Below, one piece after another: positions 1 to 7,939 of a stretch of DNA of 32,000 nt (the first letter of the stretch is position 1; every line of letters starts with the position of its first letter). Source of the stretch: Candidatus Poseidoniaceae archaeon (lineage in GTDB: Archaea > Thermoplasmatota > Poseidoniia > Poseidoniales > Poseidoniaceae); NCBI GenBank assembly GCA_943789275.1, contig CALSTM010000003.1, positions 300,001-332,000 of the forward strand, in the 5' to 3' direction. Under the pieces are notes generated by a model that ran no database searches, was not told the DNA's origin, and was given only the letters and a program-made list of their open reading frames with translations. The position numbers and the translations under genes are program-made.

Positions 1-352
1 AATCTCCGACTTCAAGTGCTTCTTTGTGGATGCGTTCCGCCTCATCTCTGCGCGCTCTTCGGCTTGCTAACTCACCTGCTTTCAATTCTGGAGATTCACC
101 ATCAAAGATGTACACCGGCCGGATTCCGAGGTTGAGGAGAGTCGCTGTGCGGTTGAGGAAACCCATCAAGTGAGAAACAACTTTTCCATTATCGGCTTTG
201 AGTGGACCCCCATCTCCCTGTGGAGAACGGTCCCTCATGGTTGTAAGAAATTGGAACGCTGTGAGAAACGCATCGATGCCGACTCTCTGACCAGAAAGGC
301 TTGCTAGGTCAATGTTTTCCGCAGTTGCAAGGTCCTTCAGATTGCAGCCCAT
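1..352 (-). CDS. fen: Flap endonuclease 1 (FEN-1), N-terminal part; the gene runs off the left edge
   Basis: Manual minus-strand translation from the ATG at 352: MGCNLKDLATAENIDLASLSGQRVGIDAFLTAFQFLTTMRDRSPQGDGGPLKADNGKVVSHLMGFLNRTATLLNLGIRPVYIFDGESPELKAGELASRRARRDEAERIHKEALEVGD. This matches the XPG-N signature of archaeal/eukaryotic FEN-1 (..SHL.G.f.Rt..Ll..GI.PVYvFDG.pP.lK). It is absent from the ORF track because it is edge-truncated. Confidence 0.85.
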   Translation of the reverse strand, partial: MGCNLKDLATAENIDLASLSGQRVGIDAFLTAFQFLTTMRDRSPQGDGGPLKADNGKVVSHLMGFLNRTATLLNLGIRPVYIFDGESPELKAGELASRRARRDEAERIHKEALEVGD

Positions 353-379
353 GGTGTGAACATAAGTTGACAGTATGTG

Positions 380-389
380 TATATTGGCA
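380..389. promoter_or_regulatory. AT-rich TATA-like element (TGTATATT) in the 75-nt divergent fen / methyltransferase spacer
   Basis: This is the only AT-rich box between the fen ATG (352, minus) and the ATG at 428 (plus). It lies about 30-40 nt from both start codons, consistent with archaeal TATA spacing and short or leaderless mRNAs. Confidence 0.3.
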
Positions 390-427
390 TCCGAACCCGT
401 CAAGAAGTCGAGGCGCAAGCGCTCACC

Positions 428-1567
428 ATGGCGAGCCATGTTGCAAGTTTACGCGGCTGGCATACTGCGTTAGCACGCGCCGAGATTGCCTCGCTTCTTC
501 CGAGCGCAGTTGTAAACCGACTGCCAGCGCGTCGTTTGGTGCTGCTCGATGGAGACGTTTCACCCGAACATATGCTTGAGGCTGTGAACTGCTCGAGCGG
601 TTGCCAAGCTCTGCTGACCCATGCCGTCCTTTGGTCGAATGAGCAGCCCATCGATTCACTGCTTGAACAAATGAGCGATTACATTCAAACGCATACTCGC
701 ACAGGTTCGGTAGCAGTTCGTTCATGGAAACATGAAGGGAAAATGGAAGGCGTCAGTGCTCGTGAATTGATGAGGAAAATCGGTGGCATGTTGTCTGAGC
801 AAGGCTATCAGATTGACCTTGAGCAACCCGACCATCGCCTTGGTATGGTGCTGGATGCAAAAGCAGGAATCATTGCATGTGGGTGGATGATTGGCACTGG
901 CGATGAATCCGACGGCATTTCGGCTCGACGAGCGACGGACCGCCCGTTTTTCAAGCCGGTGAGCCTCGACCCCAGGCTCGCTCGTTTGGCAGTGAATCTT
1001 GCTTCAGGCCCCTTGCAAAAGGGTGTTACCCTTGATTTGATGACCGGTACCGGCGGTTTTGTTCTTGAAGCAGCGGTCTCGGGAAGAGAGGCCTACGGTA
1101 TTGACCTTGATGCAGAAATGATTGAAGGAGCACAAAGAAATCTGGATTGGGCTGAACAGGCAAACCGAGCATCTTTGCTGTTGGGTGATGCAACGCGTCT
1201 TTTGGACGTGCTGCCAGCAGATGCCATTCATCGCATCAGTGGTTTTGTTCTTGACCCACCTTACGGTCGAAACTCACAAGGAACGCTTGAACCAACGGCT
1301 TTGATTCGCGCCGTTCTGGAAAGTTCTCATTCGGTGGCTGGGGAAAATGCACATTTTGTCTTGATTGTGCCTATTCACCCGTTTGGAGAACATGCCGAAG
1401 AGGCCTTGTCTGAAGATGCTGCAGTCGAACTGTTGCACGGGCAATGGGATGAGTTGCAAGCATGCTTTGAGCAAACCGGTTGGAGGCTGCTGGGTCGATG
1501 GGTTGAACACGTTCATGCCAGCCTAGGGCGGCTTATTCTTCATGCAGCAATTGTTCCTCGAGATTGA
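428..1567 (+). CDS. THUMP-domain tRNA (guanine-N2)-methyltransferase, Trm-G10/Trm11 family
   Basis: SAM-binding block LDLMTGTGGFVLEAAVSGREAYGIDLD and catalytic VLDPPYG (the D/N-PPY motif of N2-G/N6-A methyltransferases). The N-terminus MASHVASLRGWHTALARAEIASLL resembles the start of archaeal Trm-G10 proteins. The ORF track begins at 377, but ATG 428 is preferred because the TATA-like box lies inside the 377-427 extension. Confidence 0.7.
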   Translation: MASHVASLRGWHTALARAEIASLLPSAVVNRLPARRLVLLDGDVSPEHMLEAVNCSSGCQALLTHAVLWSNEQPIDSLLEQMSDYIQTHTRTGSVAVRSWKHEGKMEGVSARELMRKIGGMLSEQGYQIDLEQPDHRLGMVLDAKAGIIACGWMIGTGDESDGISARRATDRPFFKPVSLDPRLARLAVNLASGPLQKGVTLDLMTGTGGFVLEAAVSGREAYGIDLDAEMIEGAQRNLDWAEQANRASLLLGDATRLLDVLPADAIHRISGFVLDPPYGRNSQGTLEPTALIRAVLESSHSVAGENAHFVLIVPIHPFGEHAEEALSEDAAVELLHGQWDELQACFEQTGWRLLGRWVEHVHASLGRLILHAAIVPRD

Positions 1568-1979
1568 GCAAAACAATCGAATCTTCTTCGGTTGGTTCAG
1601 GGAACTGGGCTCGGTGAGGACATCCTTCGTCAAGAATGGCCTCATCGTTATGGTTGAGAACATTCGGATAGGTTCTGCACCCTTTAGGTCGGACTTCGTA
1701 AACTGAACACATCCCCTCAGCATTGACATCGGATGATGAAGTCAGCAGGAAGACACAGGCGCGAGTATTTTCATCGTTCAGTAGCGTGAGAATGCCGTTG
1801 TTTTTCCATGTAAAATCTTCAACCGCCATTCCGGTACGCCGAGACAGCAACGAAGCCTCCGCCTTCGTGAGAGGCATGGTCGTCTCCCGACAACAAGCCG
1901 AACAACCCGTCGGAATGCATGGGAGTGAGCGGGCCATATCCGTGCTAAACCATCCGCCTTCTTCAAGAAGGGGGGGCAT
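1533..1979 (-). CDS. YkgJ/UPF0153-family putative Zn/Fe-chelating protein (CxxCxxCC)
   Basis: Contains CIPTGCSACC, then later ACVFL...GMCSVYEVRPKGCRTYP, the typical YkgJ pattern (C.fl...C.iYe.RP..Cr.yP). The start is uncertain (ATG 1979 or ATG 1937). The 197-aa ORF-track version runs antisense through the tRNA and is too long. Confidence 0.6.
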   Translation of the reverse strand: MPPLLEEGGWFSTDMARSLPCIPTGCSACCRETTMPLTKAEASLLSRRTGMAVEDFTWKNNGILTLLNDENTRACVFLLTSSSDVNAEGMCSVYEVRPKGCRTYPNVLNHNDEAILDEGCPHRAQFPEPTEEDSIVLLNLEEQLLHEE

Positions 1980-1992
1980 CTGGGCAGGACAA

Positions 1993-2066
1993 GGGCGATT
2001 AGGGTAGCCTGGATATCCTGACGGGCTTCGAACCCGTCGACGCGGGTTCGAATCCTGCATCGCCCA
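1993..2066 (+). tRNA. tRNA-Arg (anticodon UCG), no encoded CCA
   Basis: Hand-folded cloverleaf. Acceptor stem GGGCGAU/AUCGCCC; anticodon stem ACGGG/CCCGU with loop CUUCGAA (anticodon UCG); T-arm GCGGG-UUCGAAU-CCUGC; discriminator A. G10 and G26 are present. The D-stem has one weak pair. Confidence 0.85.
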
Positions 2067-2074
2067 CTTCTCAG

Positions 2075-2097
2075 TGGCCCTTTTGGGGCCATTTTTT
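2075..2097 (+). terminator. Hairpin plus T6 immediately after the tRNA
   Basis: TGGCCC-TTTTG-GGGCCA followed by TTTTTT (2092-2097). Confidence 0.5.
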
Positions 2098-2175
2098 AGC
2101 GGCAAATCAACCTCCTTCAAGTTCAAGAGGAACTGCTAAGAGCACCGGGCATACACCTGCAATTGAGGGAATAAA

Positions 2176-2937
2176 ATGAAACTTCGACTTCATCAGTTCC
2201 TCTCAAAAACAGGCGATTTCACCTCAAAAGCAGATGTCAAGCAAGCGATTTGGGACGGTGATGTCACCGTTAATGGGTCGGTGGTCAAGAACATCGCCTT
2301 CGAATTCAATCCTGCTAAGCGCATTGTCGAGTTCCAGGGGCGAATATTGAAACTTCCCATAACAGATTTTTATTTCCTTCTCAATAAACCACAGGGATAC
2401 ATTTGCTCTCGCCTTAATTCCCAAGAGCGTGAACTCAACAAGACTTCTGTCTATGAATTGTTTCGTGATGCGGTAGAGCCGAAAGTGTTCGAATCTCTTG
2501 TCACCGTTGGACGTCTTGATGAAGATACAACCGGTTTCCTTCTTGTGACAACGGATGGAAAAATGGTTCATGCCATCACTGATCCAAATCGACACATCAA
2601 GAAAACGTACCGTGTAGAGACCGAACATCCAATCTCTCGTCAAGATATTGATGCAATACGAGAGGGCGTTGAAGTGTCAGTTGTAGAATTTGGAACGCTT
2701 GAAGAGTTCCGTACCCGTGGCGCCCACGTCTATTTGGAAAACGAACGTTGTGCGATTCTCACCATCGATGAAGGGAAGAAACGACAGATACGCCGCATGT
2801 TCACAACACTGGGAAATCAGGTCCAGCATCTTCACCGTTTGTCAACCGAGGGAATGGTGCTTTCCGATTTCAATTTAGAATCCGGTGAATTTTGCGCAGT
2901 CACTCGCGAGGACATCAATCGGGCTCTGTTTTCTTGA
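2176..2937 (+). CDS. S4-domain pseudouridine synthase, RsuA/RluB family
   Basis: S4-like N-terminus (MKLRLHQFLSKTG...) and catalytic motif VGRLDEDTTGFLLVTTDG (GRLD..T.GLLL.TnDG), followed by KKTYRV and GKKRQIRRM. A GAGGGA SD-like sequence lies upstream of the ATG. Confidence 0.8.
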   Translation: MKLRLHQFLSKTGDFTSKADVKQAIWDGDVTVNGSVVKNIAFEFNPAKRIVEFQGRILKLPITDFYFLLNKPQGYICSRLNSQERELNKTSVYELFRDAVEPKVFESLVTVGRLDEDTTGFLLVTTDGKMVHAITDPNRHIKKTYRVETEHPISRQDIDAIREGVEVSVVEFGTLEEFRTRGAHVYLENERCAILTIDEGKKRQIRRMFTTLGNQVQHLHRLSTEGMVLSDFNLESGEFCAVTREDINRALFS

Positions 2938-4309
2938 CGGCAGCAGCGTTCTTTACTCGCCATTTTTGAACCGCGCCGTAAGTAAGGCTGCGCCAGAGCC
3001 ATTCTGCTGGCCCGAAGGAGTAACGGTTGAGCCACCAAGGGCTCAGCACCAATTGAAAGATCCAGATGGCCAGCACAATCACATAGAGTTCCCATCGTTC
3101 AAACACGCCAATGAGTCCAAACCCAGCACCGGTAAACACAATCAGACAAATCAGGGAGTGGAGTAAATAGTTCGTCAGTGCCATTCGCCCTACTGCTGCA
3201 AGACGTTTTTTGATTCCCGTCCAAACCTCGACTTGACAAAACAACATGATCAGTCCAAGCCATCCCATCGACATCGCGACCCGTCCAAGTTGATATGTTC
3301 CTTGGAAATACCCTGATATGACAATCGCATCGAAATCGGAATCTATCGCTCGGAACAATTCGTAACCGTTGACTGCCAAGCCAAAGGCAAACCCTCCTAT
3401 GGCAAGCTGCAGGTACTTTTTGCTGGAATGTTGTGCAGAGAGAACGCCAAGCCGGTACAACCCCATGCCTAACAACATCATACCAACGCAATCCCAAAGC
3501 ATGAATACGGGCGTAAAGAACAACAAACTGTCGATTACTTTTTCTCCACTGTAACTGGCAATTTCAAAGTACGACCCTCTTCGCGTGTCCAATTCTTGTT
3601 CCATTGCCGATTCGTTGAACGTGAACTGGTTCTCTGAATCGGTCCACAATGCAGCAAGTTCTCGCTCTTCAGCCGAATATTCACCGGCCGGATTTGCGTC
3701 AATAGTGGCGGCAACATCTCTGCCTTCTTCAACAAGAAATCCAGAGGCGGCAAATAAGATCGAAGTAAAGACCAAAACAGTGGCTGAAAGAATCAGCAGT
3801 GTCTTTGGCCGGGCATTACGTAAAGGATAGAGCAGCGCTCCTGCCATGGCATAGAGAATGAGAATATCTCCCGTCCAAAGCAAGACAAAAGAATCGAACA
3901 TTCCAAACAACAGCAGAAAAAAGGTTCTCTTATAGTGCAGCCATGCACCCTTTTCACGACCAGACCGGGTGCCAAAACCAGTGGTGAACATGACGATTCC
4001 CGCTCCGAACAGCAAGGAGAATAACCCGCGCATCGAACCTTCAAAAAACAGGTTCATGATGCCCCAAACAGCATAATTCAACTCCGGGTTCTTTCCAAGT
4101 CCAACCAGTGGATGAAAATATCCCGCTGAAGCCATGCCAAAACCGAGGATGTTGAGGAGAAGTACCCCGAGTAAAGCAACTCCACGCAGAATGTCCAACG
4201 ACTCGATACGGGCGGAAGTGACTACCGGAGCATCAGCGCTCACCGTACTCTCCATGACGGTTGCACGAGGGATGAAAGGATAAGGATTCAGCAGGATTAT
4301 CGTATCCAT
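2915..4309 (-). CDS. DUF418/YeiB-like polytopic membrane protein
   Basis: Has RIESLDILRGVALLGVLLLNI near the N-terminus and the C-terminal GPAEWLWRSLTYG motif, both hallmarks of DUF418/YeiB, plus many hydrophobic segments. The ORF-track start 4333 is a GTG that overlaps the upstream TPR gene. ATG 4309 lies 8 nt after the TPR stop and is preferred. Confidence 0.7.
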   Translation of the reverse strand: MDTIILLNPYPFIPRATVMESTVSADAPVVTSARIESLDILRGVALLGVLLLNILGFGMASAGYFHPLVGLGKNPELNYAVWGIMNLFFEGSMRGLFSLLFGAGIVMFTTGFGTRSGREKGAWLHYKRTFFLLLFGMFDSFVLLWTGDILILYAMAGALLYPLRNARPKTLLILSATVLVFTSILFAASGFLVEEGRDVAATIDANPAGEYSAEERELAALWTDSENQFTFNESAMEQELDTRRGSYFEIASYSGEKVIDSLLFFTPVFMLWDCVGMMLLGMGLYRLGVLSAQHSSKKYLQLAIGGFAFGLAVNGYELFRAIDSDFDAIVISGYFQGTYQLGRVAMSMGWLGLIMLFCQVEVWTGIKKRLAAVGRMALTNYLLHSLICLIVFTGAGFGLIGVFERWELYVIVLAIWIFQLVLSPWWLNRYSFGPAEWLWRSLTYGAVQKWRVKNAAAVKKTEPD

Positions 4310-4316
4310 TAACCGA

Positions 4317-5789
4317 TTAGAAACCGTTTTCACGCAGCCATCCAGTCACCGGGAGATTGTTTGAACGCAGCATGTTGGCAGCATCCTTCAACAGGTTTTG
4401 ACGAAGAGGGATATTTTGCCGTTGTTCCGCAATTGCTGCCAATTGTACCAGAGCGTCTGATGCACCTTCATGGTCGTTCACGGTCTTAGCCGTGCGTAAA
4501 CTTCGCTCAAATTGGTCTTGAGCATTATCTAAATTATTGCGATAGAGGTTTGTGTTGCCGATGTTGAACAAGGCAATTGCCTCACCCTGGCGGTCACCAA
4601 GTTGCTTCATGATTGTTAGAGAGTCGGTGAAGTATTGTTCGGCTTCTTCGAAACGGTCTTGCTCTTCATAAAACACGCCAAGCATGTTCAGTGTATCGGA
4701 TTGCCCACGTAAGTCCGAAAGTTTTCTTTTCATATTCAAAGCCATCTTGTACAGACGTTCAGCTTCAATCAAGTCACCTCTTTGTTTTGCTTGCGAAGCG
4801 AGTTGTACGTGCGAATACGCTTCGCCACGCCGGTCGCCAATTTCTCTCTTGATGGCGATGCTTTGGCTGGTTAGGCGCTGCGCATCGCTTGGATTTCCAA
4901 GGTGTTCAGCGATGGTGGCGAGGTTCGATAGGATGATCGCTTCTCCCTCCAAATCCTTTTGTTTTCTCTTGATAATAAGTCCTTGGCGATAATGCAATTG
5001 TGCGGCTTCGTACTCTTTTTTGGTTTCCAAAATATTTCCTAAACCGATTAAAGCGATGGCAATTCCGTTTTCATCGCTGTATTCTTCTTTGATGTTCAGT
5101 GCTTCGGTGAACAATTGTTGCGCTTGGTCGTATTCGTTCCCCACAAGCGCAAGATTGGCCATAGCCAAAATGACATCAGCCTCGCCGTTTGGTTCATGAA
5201 TTTCGTTCTTCATGCCTCGTGCATTTCTGAAATCGGAATAGGCTTGAGCAAGATCACCTTGGTTGAGTGCGACGTATCCAATGTTGATGAGTGCGTCCGC
5301 CTCACCGCTTCTGTTTCGTTCCGAACGGAATGTCTCGAGCGCTCGTTCATAGTAATCCATAGCCGCCTGAAAACGACCCGTAAGCCGTGCAGCGTTCCCG
5401 AGTTTAAGGTCCGTAGAACCCTGTATCTGAACGCCTTGAGATACCAACTCGTCGCTTGATTTGAGAAGGTTTTTGACGTTCGCCATCTGTTGCTGAGAAG
5501 GATTTGAGGATTGGATGTTCCCAACAAATCCGATTTGTTCCAAAGCGAGGACCATCGCTTTAGCAAGGTCTTCAGGACTGTTCTGAACAATCGTCTGCGA
5601 GGTGAGGTTACCCATGATGACGCTGTCCACAATTTTCTGTTGTGTGTACACCTGAGCACCGGAGGTGTGTTGTGTTTGGGTGCCGACTGGAACCCATTCA
5701 GAACCGGTCCATTCCGATTTTCCATCCGGGCTTCGTTGTGGCTCCACCATGAAGGGAAGACGGGGTAGTACAGTATCTAAGTATTGCAT
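4317..5789 (-). CDS. TPR-repeat protein: about eight tandem 40-aa TPR units plus a ~150-aa N-terminal region with no recognisable motif
   Basis: Back-to-back 40-aa units such as EADALINIGYVALNQGDLAQAYSDFRNARGMKNEIHEPNG, EAIILSNLATIAEHLGNPSDAQRLTSQSIAIKREIGDRRG and EAIALFNIGNTNLYRNNLDNAQDQFERSLRTAKTVNDHEG (TPR_10/12-like). No NTPase motif and no signal peptide were seen. Confidence 0.8.
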   Translation of the reverse strand: MQYLDTVLPRLPFMVEPQRSPDGKSEWTGSEWVPVGTQTQHTSGAQVYTQQKIVDSVIMGNLTSQTIVQNSPEDLAKAMVLALEQIGFVGNIQSSNPSQQQMANVKNLLKSSDELVSQGVQIQGSTDLKLGNAARLTGRFQAAMDYYERALETFRSERNRSGEADALINIGYVALNQGDLAQAYSDFRNARGMKNEIHEPNGEADVILAMANLALVGNEYDQAQQLFTEALNIKEEYSDENGIAIALIGLGNILETKKEYEAAQLHYRQGLIIKRKQKDLEGEAIILSNLATIAEHLGNPSDAQRLTSQSIAIKREIGDRRGEAYSHVQLASQAKQRGDLIEAERLYKMALNMKRKLSDLRGQSDTLNMLGVFYEEQDRFEEAEQYFTDSLTIMKQLGDRQGEAIALFNIGNTNLYRNNLDNAQDQFERSLRTAKTVNDHEGASDALVQLAAIAEQRQNIPLRQNLLKDAANMLRSNNLPVTGWLRENGF

Positions 5790-5871
5790 CAGCGGGTAAT
5801 TCTTCGGGCTTTAGCGTGATACTGTTAAATGATACATCTGTGGCTGTAAGCGTGAACAGGGAGGCATCAAT

Positions 5872-7593
5872 GTGGTAAAAATCGCGATTTATGTGGATAC
5901 TTCCGGTTCAATGAATGAACGGATAAACGGGGAGATGGACGATAATTTTGCAAACGTCCGACCATCGATGTTTCGCAGTTTTATGCGGGCTGTTGGACTG
6001 GGCGGCAAAGTCAAAAAAAGTCGCGTTGCACAAGCCATGTGGGAAAACCTCGTTCCAACATTCAAAGACCACCAAACGAAGGTATCGACCATCAACAGCC
6101 GTGGACGTTCCAAGGTTCTGGCTCCGCTGGAATTTAGAAGCCATGCTGACTTGATGAAAATCGAGTTCCCAAACCCTTACGGAGGAACGTATCTTTGGGA
6201 ATTCTTAGTCGAAGAAGCCAGGGAACTCAGCAAAGACAGTGTGGACTGGTTGTTCTTCCTCATCAGCGACGGCATGGACATGAGCTCATCACCTCCCTTC
6301 AACGGCATCGATGGTTTTCAACCGTGTATAGAAGCAATCAAGGAAATCGGCATCGATGTCGAATTCCACATTATTGGGCTTGGTCTTCCCAGCGATTCAG
6401 TGAACGTCTTCCGTCAGGTCAGCGGTGCGAGCGGTGGTTCATTCGTGAACATCGAGGAAGCCGGCGATGATGTTGAACAAGCCATCGAAGAAGTCGGCGG
6501 AGCAGTCGAAGAATCCTTGAATCCAATCGCTCGTATGGCAAGCCGCCAACGTCGTCAACAGGAATACCTTGAATCGAGGCAGGAAGGCGATCTTGATATA
6601 ACGACAGAAACAACGCCCGTGTCTTCGTCCTATTCTGGATATACCTACGGTGAGACGGTCATCGAAGACACGAACCCCGAACAACTTTCTCAGTGGCAAA
6701 CCGACTTGGTGCGAATCCGCGGTGATGAGAAAATAGAGAACATACAAGCCTACGAAAATTGGGTTTCAATGCGCTCAACGCCGTTGTTTTCAGATACTCC
6801 GGGCATTCCAGTGGACTCCTGGGCGCTTTCTGCTGAAGATGTTTCCTTGATTGCAAGTATGAAAATCGACAATTTATTCACTTTCCTTTCACAGATACGT
6901 CGCTCTGACGTACCTATTGAGAACCGTCGAATCATTATTCGTGGCGAAAACATCCCCGATACATTGCTCGACACCCTTGCCAATTCCGGTGCACGAGTTG
7001 TGATTTACCCTGAGGAATTACCCCCTCCGCCTCCACCTGAGTTGGGCGATGAAAAATGGGAGCGCAACGAGTACGACTTCAACGACAACCCAACGCGCGG
7101 ATGGGAGATATACCCGCATCTAGGCCGCAGTAAGGCGCGCAGTGCGGTGGTAATTGACCCGCCGCTCTATCCTGAATACGTGGAAAAAATCACTCAAGCG
7201 TTCAGTCGGACCAACCTTGTGAACGATTTGCAAAGTAAAATCGGCCCAATTCAGCGCGCATACGCAGAAGCAGCGTTCAAACCCTCATGGCGTCATTTGA
7301 ACACGAATTGGGTTCCAGATGACTGGCCGTCGCTCCTTTCACACGACTCAAAGACCATCGGCGAAGCATTTTGTGAATCGTTACGGGTAACCTACATTCA
7401 AACCGTTCACGAATGGTTGTTCTCTCACGGTTCACGCCCGAAGTTCATTCTCGTTCGATTGTCCAATGAATCCAAGTCACTCGGCCTGCACAAGCACCCT
7501 TGTTACCTCGAATTCCAATCGCTGCTTGCGGATATGTTCCACTATCAGGGAACGGACCTTCGAATCAAGAAGCCTCGCGTCGAATACTGGTGA
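5872..7593 (+). CDS. von Willebrand factor A (vWA) domain protein with a large uncharacterised C-terminal region
   Basis: MIDAS-like residues are present: VDTSGSM (DxSxS) at aa 8-14, then GGTYLW (Thr) and LISDGMD (Asp). GTG start with a GGGAGG SD-like sequence 8 nt upstream. No signal peptide. The roughly 350 C-terminal residues contain a poly-Pro run (LPPPPPPE) and no motif I recognise. Confidence 0.6.
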   Translation: MVKIAIYVDTSGSMNERINGEMDDNFANVRPSMFRSFMRAVGLGGKVKKSRVAQAMWENLVPTFKDHQTKVSTINSRGRSKVLAPLEFRSHADLMKIEFPNPYGGTYLWEFLVEEARELSKDSVDWLFFLISDGMDMSSSPPFNGIDGFQPCIEAIKEIGIDVEFHIIGLGLPSDSVNVFRQVSGASGGSFVNIEEAGDDVEQAIEEVGGAVEESLNPIARMASRQRRQQEYLESRQEGDLDITTETTPVSSSYSGYTYGETVIEDTNPEQLSQWQTDLVRIRGDEKIENIQAYENWVSMRSTPLFSDTPGIPVDSWALSAEDVSLIASMKIDNLFTFLSQIRRSDVPIENRRIIIRGENIPDTLLDTLANSGARVVIYPEELPPPPPPELGDEKWERNEYDFNDNPTRGWEIYPHLGRSKARSAVVIDPPLYPEYVEKITQAFSRTNLVNDLQSKIGPIQRAYAEAAFKPSWRHLNTNWVPDDWPSLLSHDSKTIGEAFCESLRVTYIQTVHEWLFSHGSRPKFILVRLSNESKSLGLHKHPCYLEFQSLLADMFHYQGTDLRIKKPRVEYW

Positions 7594-7662
7594 GGTTTCA
7601 CCTCAGAGTCGAACTTTACTGGGGGTTGGGAAATCGAACGTAAACGGTTAGGGATTCTCTTC

Positions 7663-7887
7663 ATGGTCCTGTCCTGCATACCTTACGCGGCGCTTTTTGC
7701 AGTACCGTTCACACCTCTCAGTACTTCAGAGAGCGCGATTGCCGTTACAGTGCTGATTGTTTCAGGCGAGACACTGTTTGCTGTTGGCGGATTAATTGCC
7801 GGCCGGAGTCTGTTGGAAAGTTTCCGTAGAAAGATGATTCCAAGCCGTTTTCGTAAGAACAAATCCTCGACGGATTCCGAGGAATGA
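7663..7887 (+). CDS. Small predicted membrane protein (two hydrophobic segments, basic tail)
   Basis: 74 aa with hydrophobic stretches CIPYAALFAVPF and AVTVLIVSGETLFAVGGLIAG, followed by the basic tail RRKMIPSRFRKNK. It fills the gap between the vWA gene and the adhesin. No homology was recognised. Confidence 0.35.
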   Translation: MVLSCIPYAALFAVPFTPLSTSESAIAVTVLIVSGETLFAVGGLIAGRSLLESFRRKMIPSRFRKNKSSTDSEE

Positions 7888-7939
7888 AACACACCGATGA
7901 AGCAAGGTATCAAAAGTTATGCATTTTTGGGTAGAAATA

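Noticed and set aside
1993-2066. tRNA-Arg considered as an integration hotspot for a mobile element.
   Set aside because: I saw no integrase, no direct repeat of the tRNA 3' end and no compositional break on either side. The flanking genes are housekeeping.
428-2066. Proximity of a G10-specific tRNA methyltransferase to a tRNA with G10/G26, considered as a functional enzyme-substrate linkage.
   Set aside because: G10 and G26 are common to many tRNAs, and adjacency of one tRNA gene to a modification enzyme is easily coincidental.
1980-2126. N-terminal extension of the 197-aa minus-strand ORF (1533-2126).
   Set aside because: It runs antisense straight through the tRNA-Arg gene (1993-2066) and its terminator. 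The recognisable YkgJ domain starts only after the internal Met codons (1979 or 1937).
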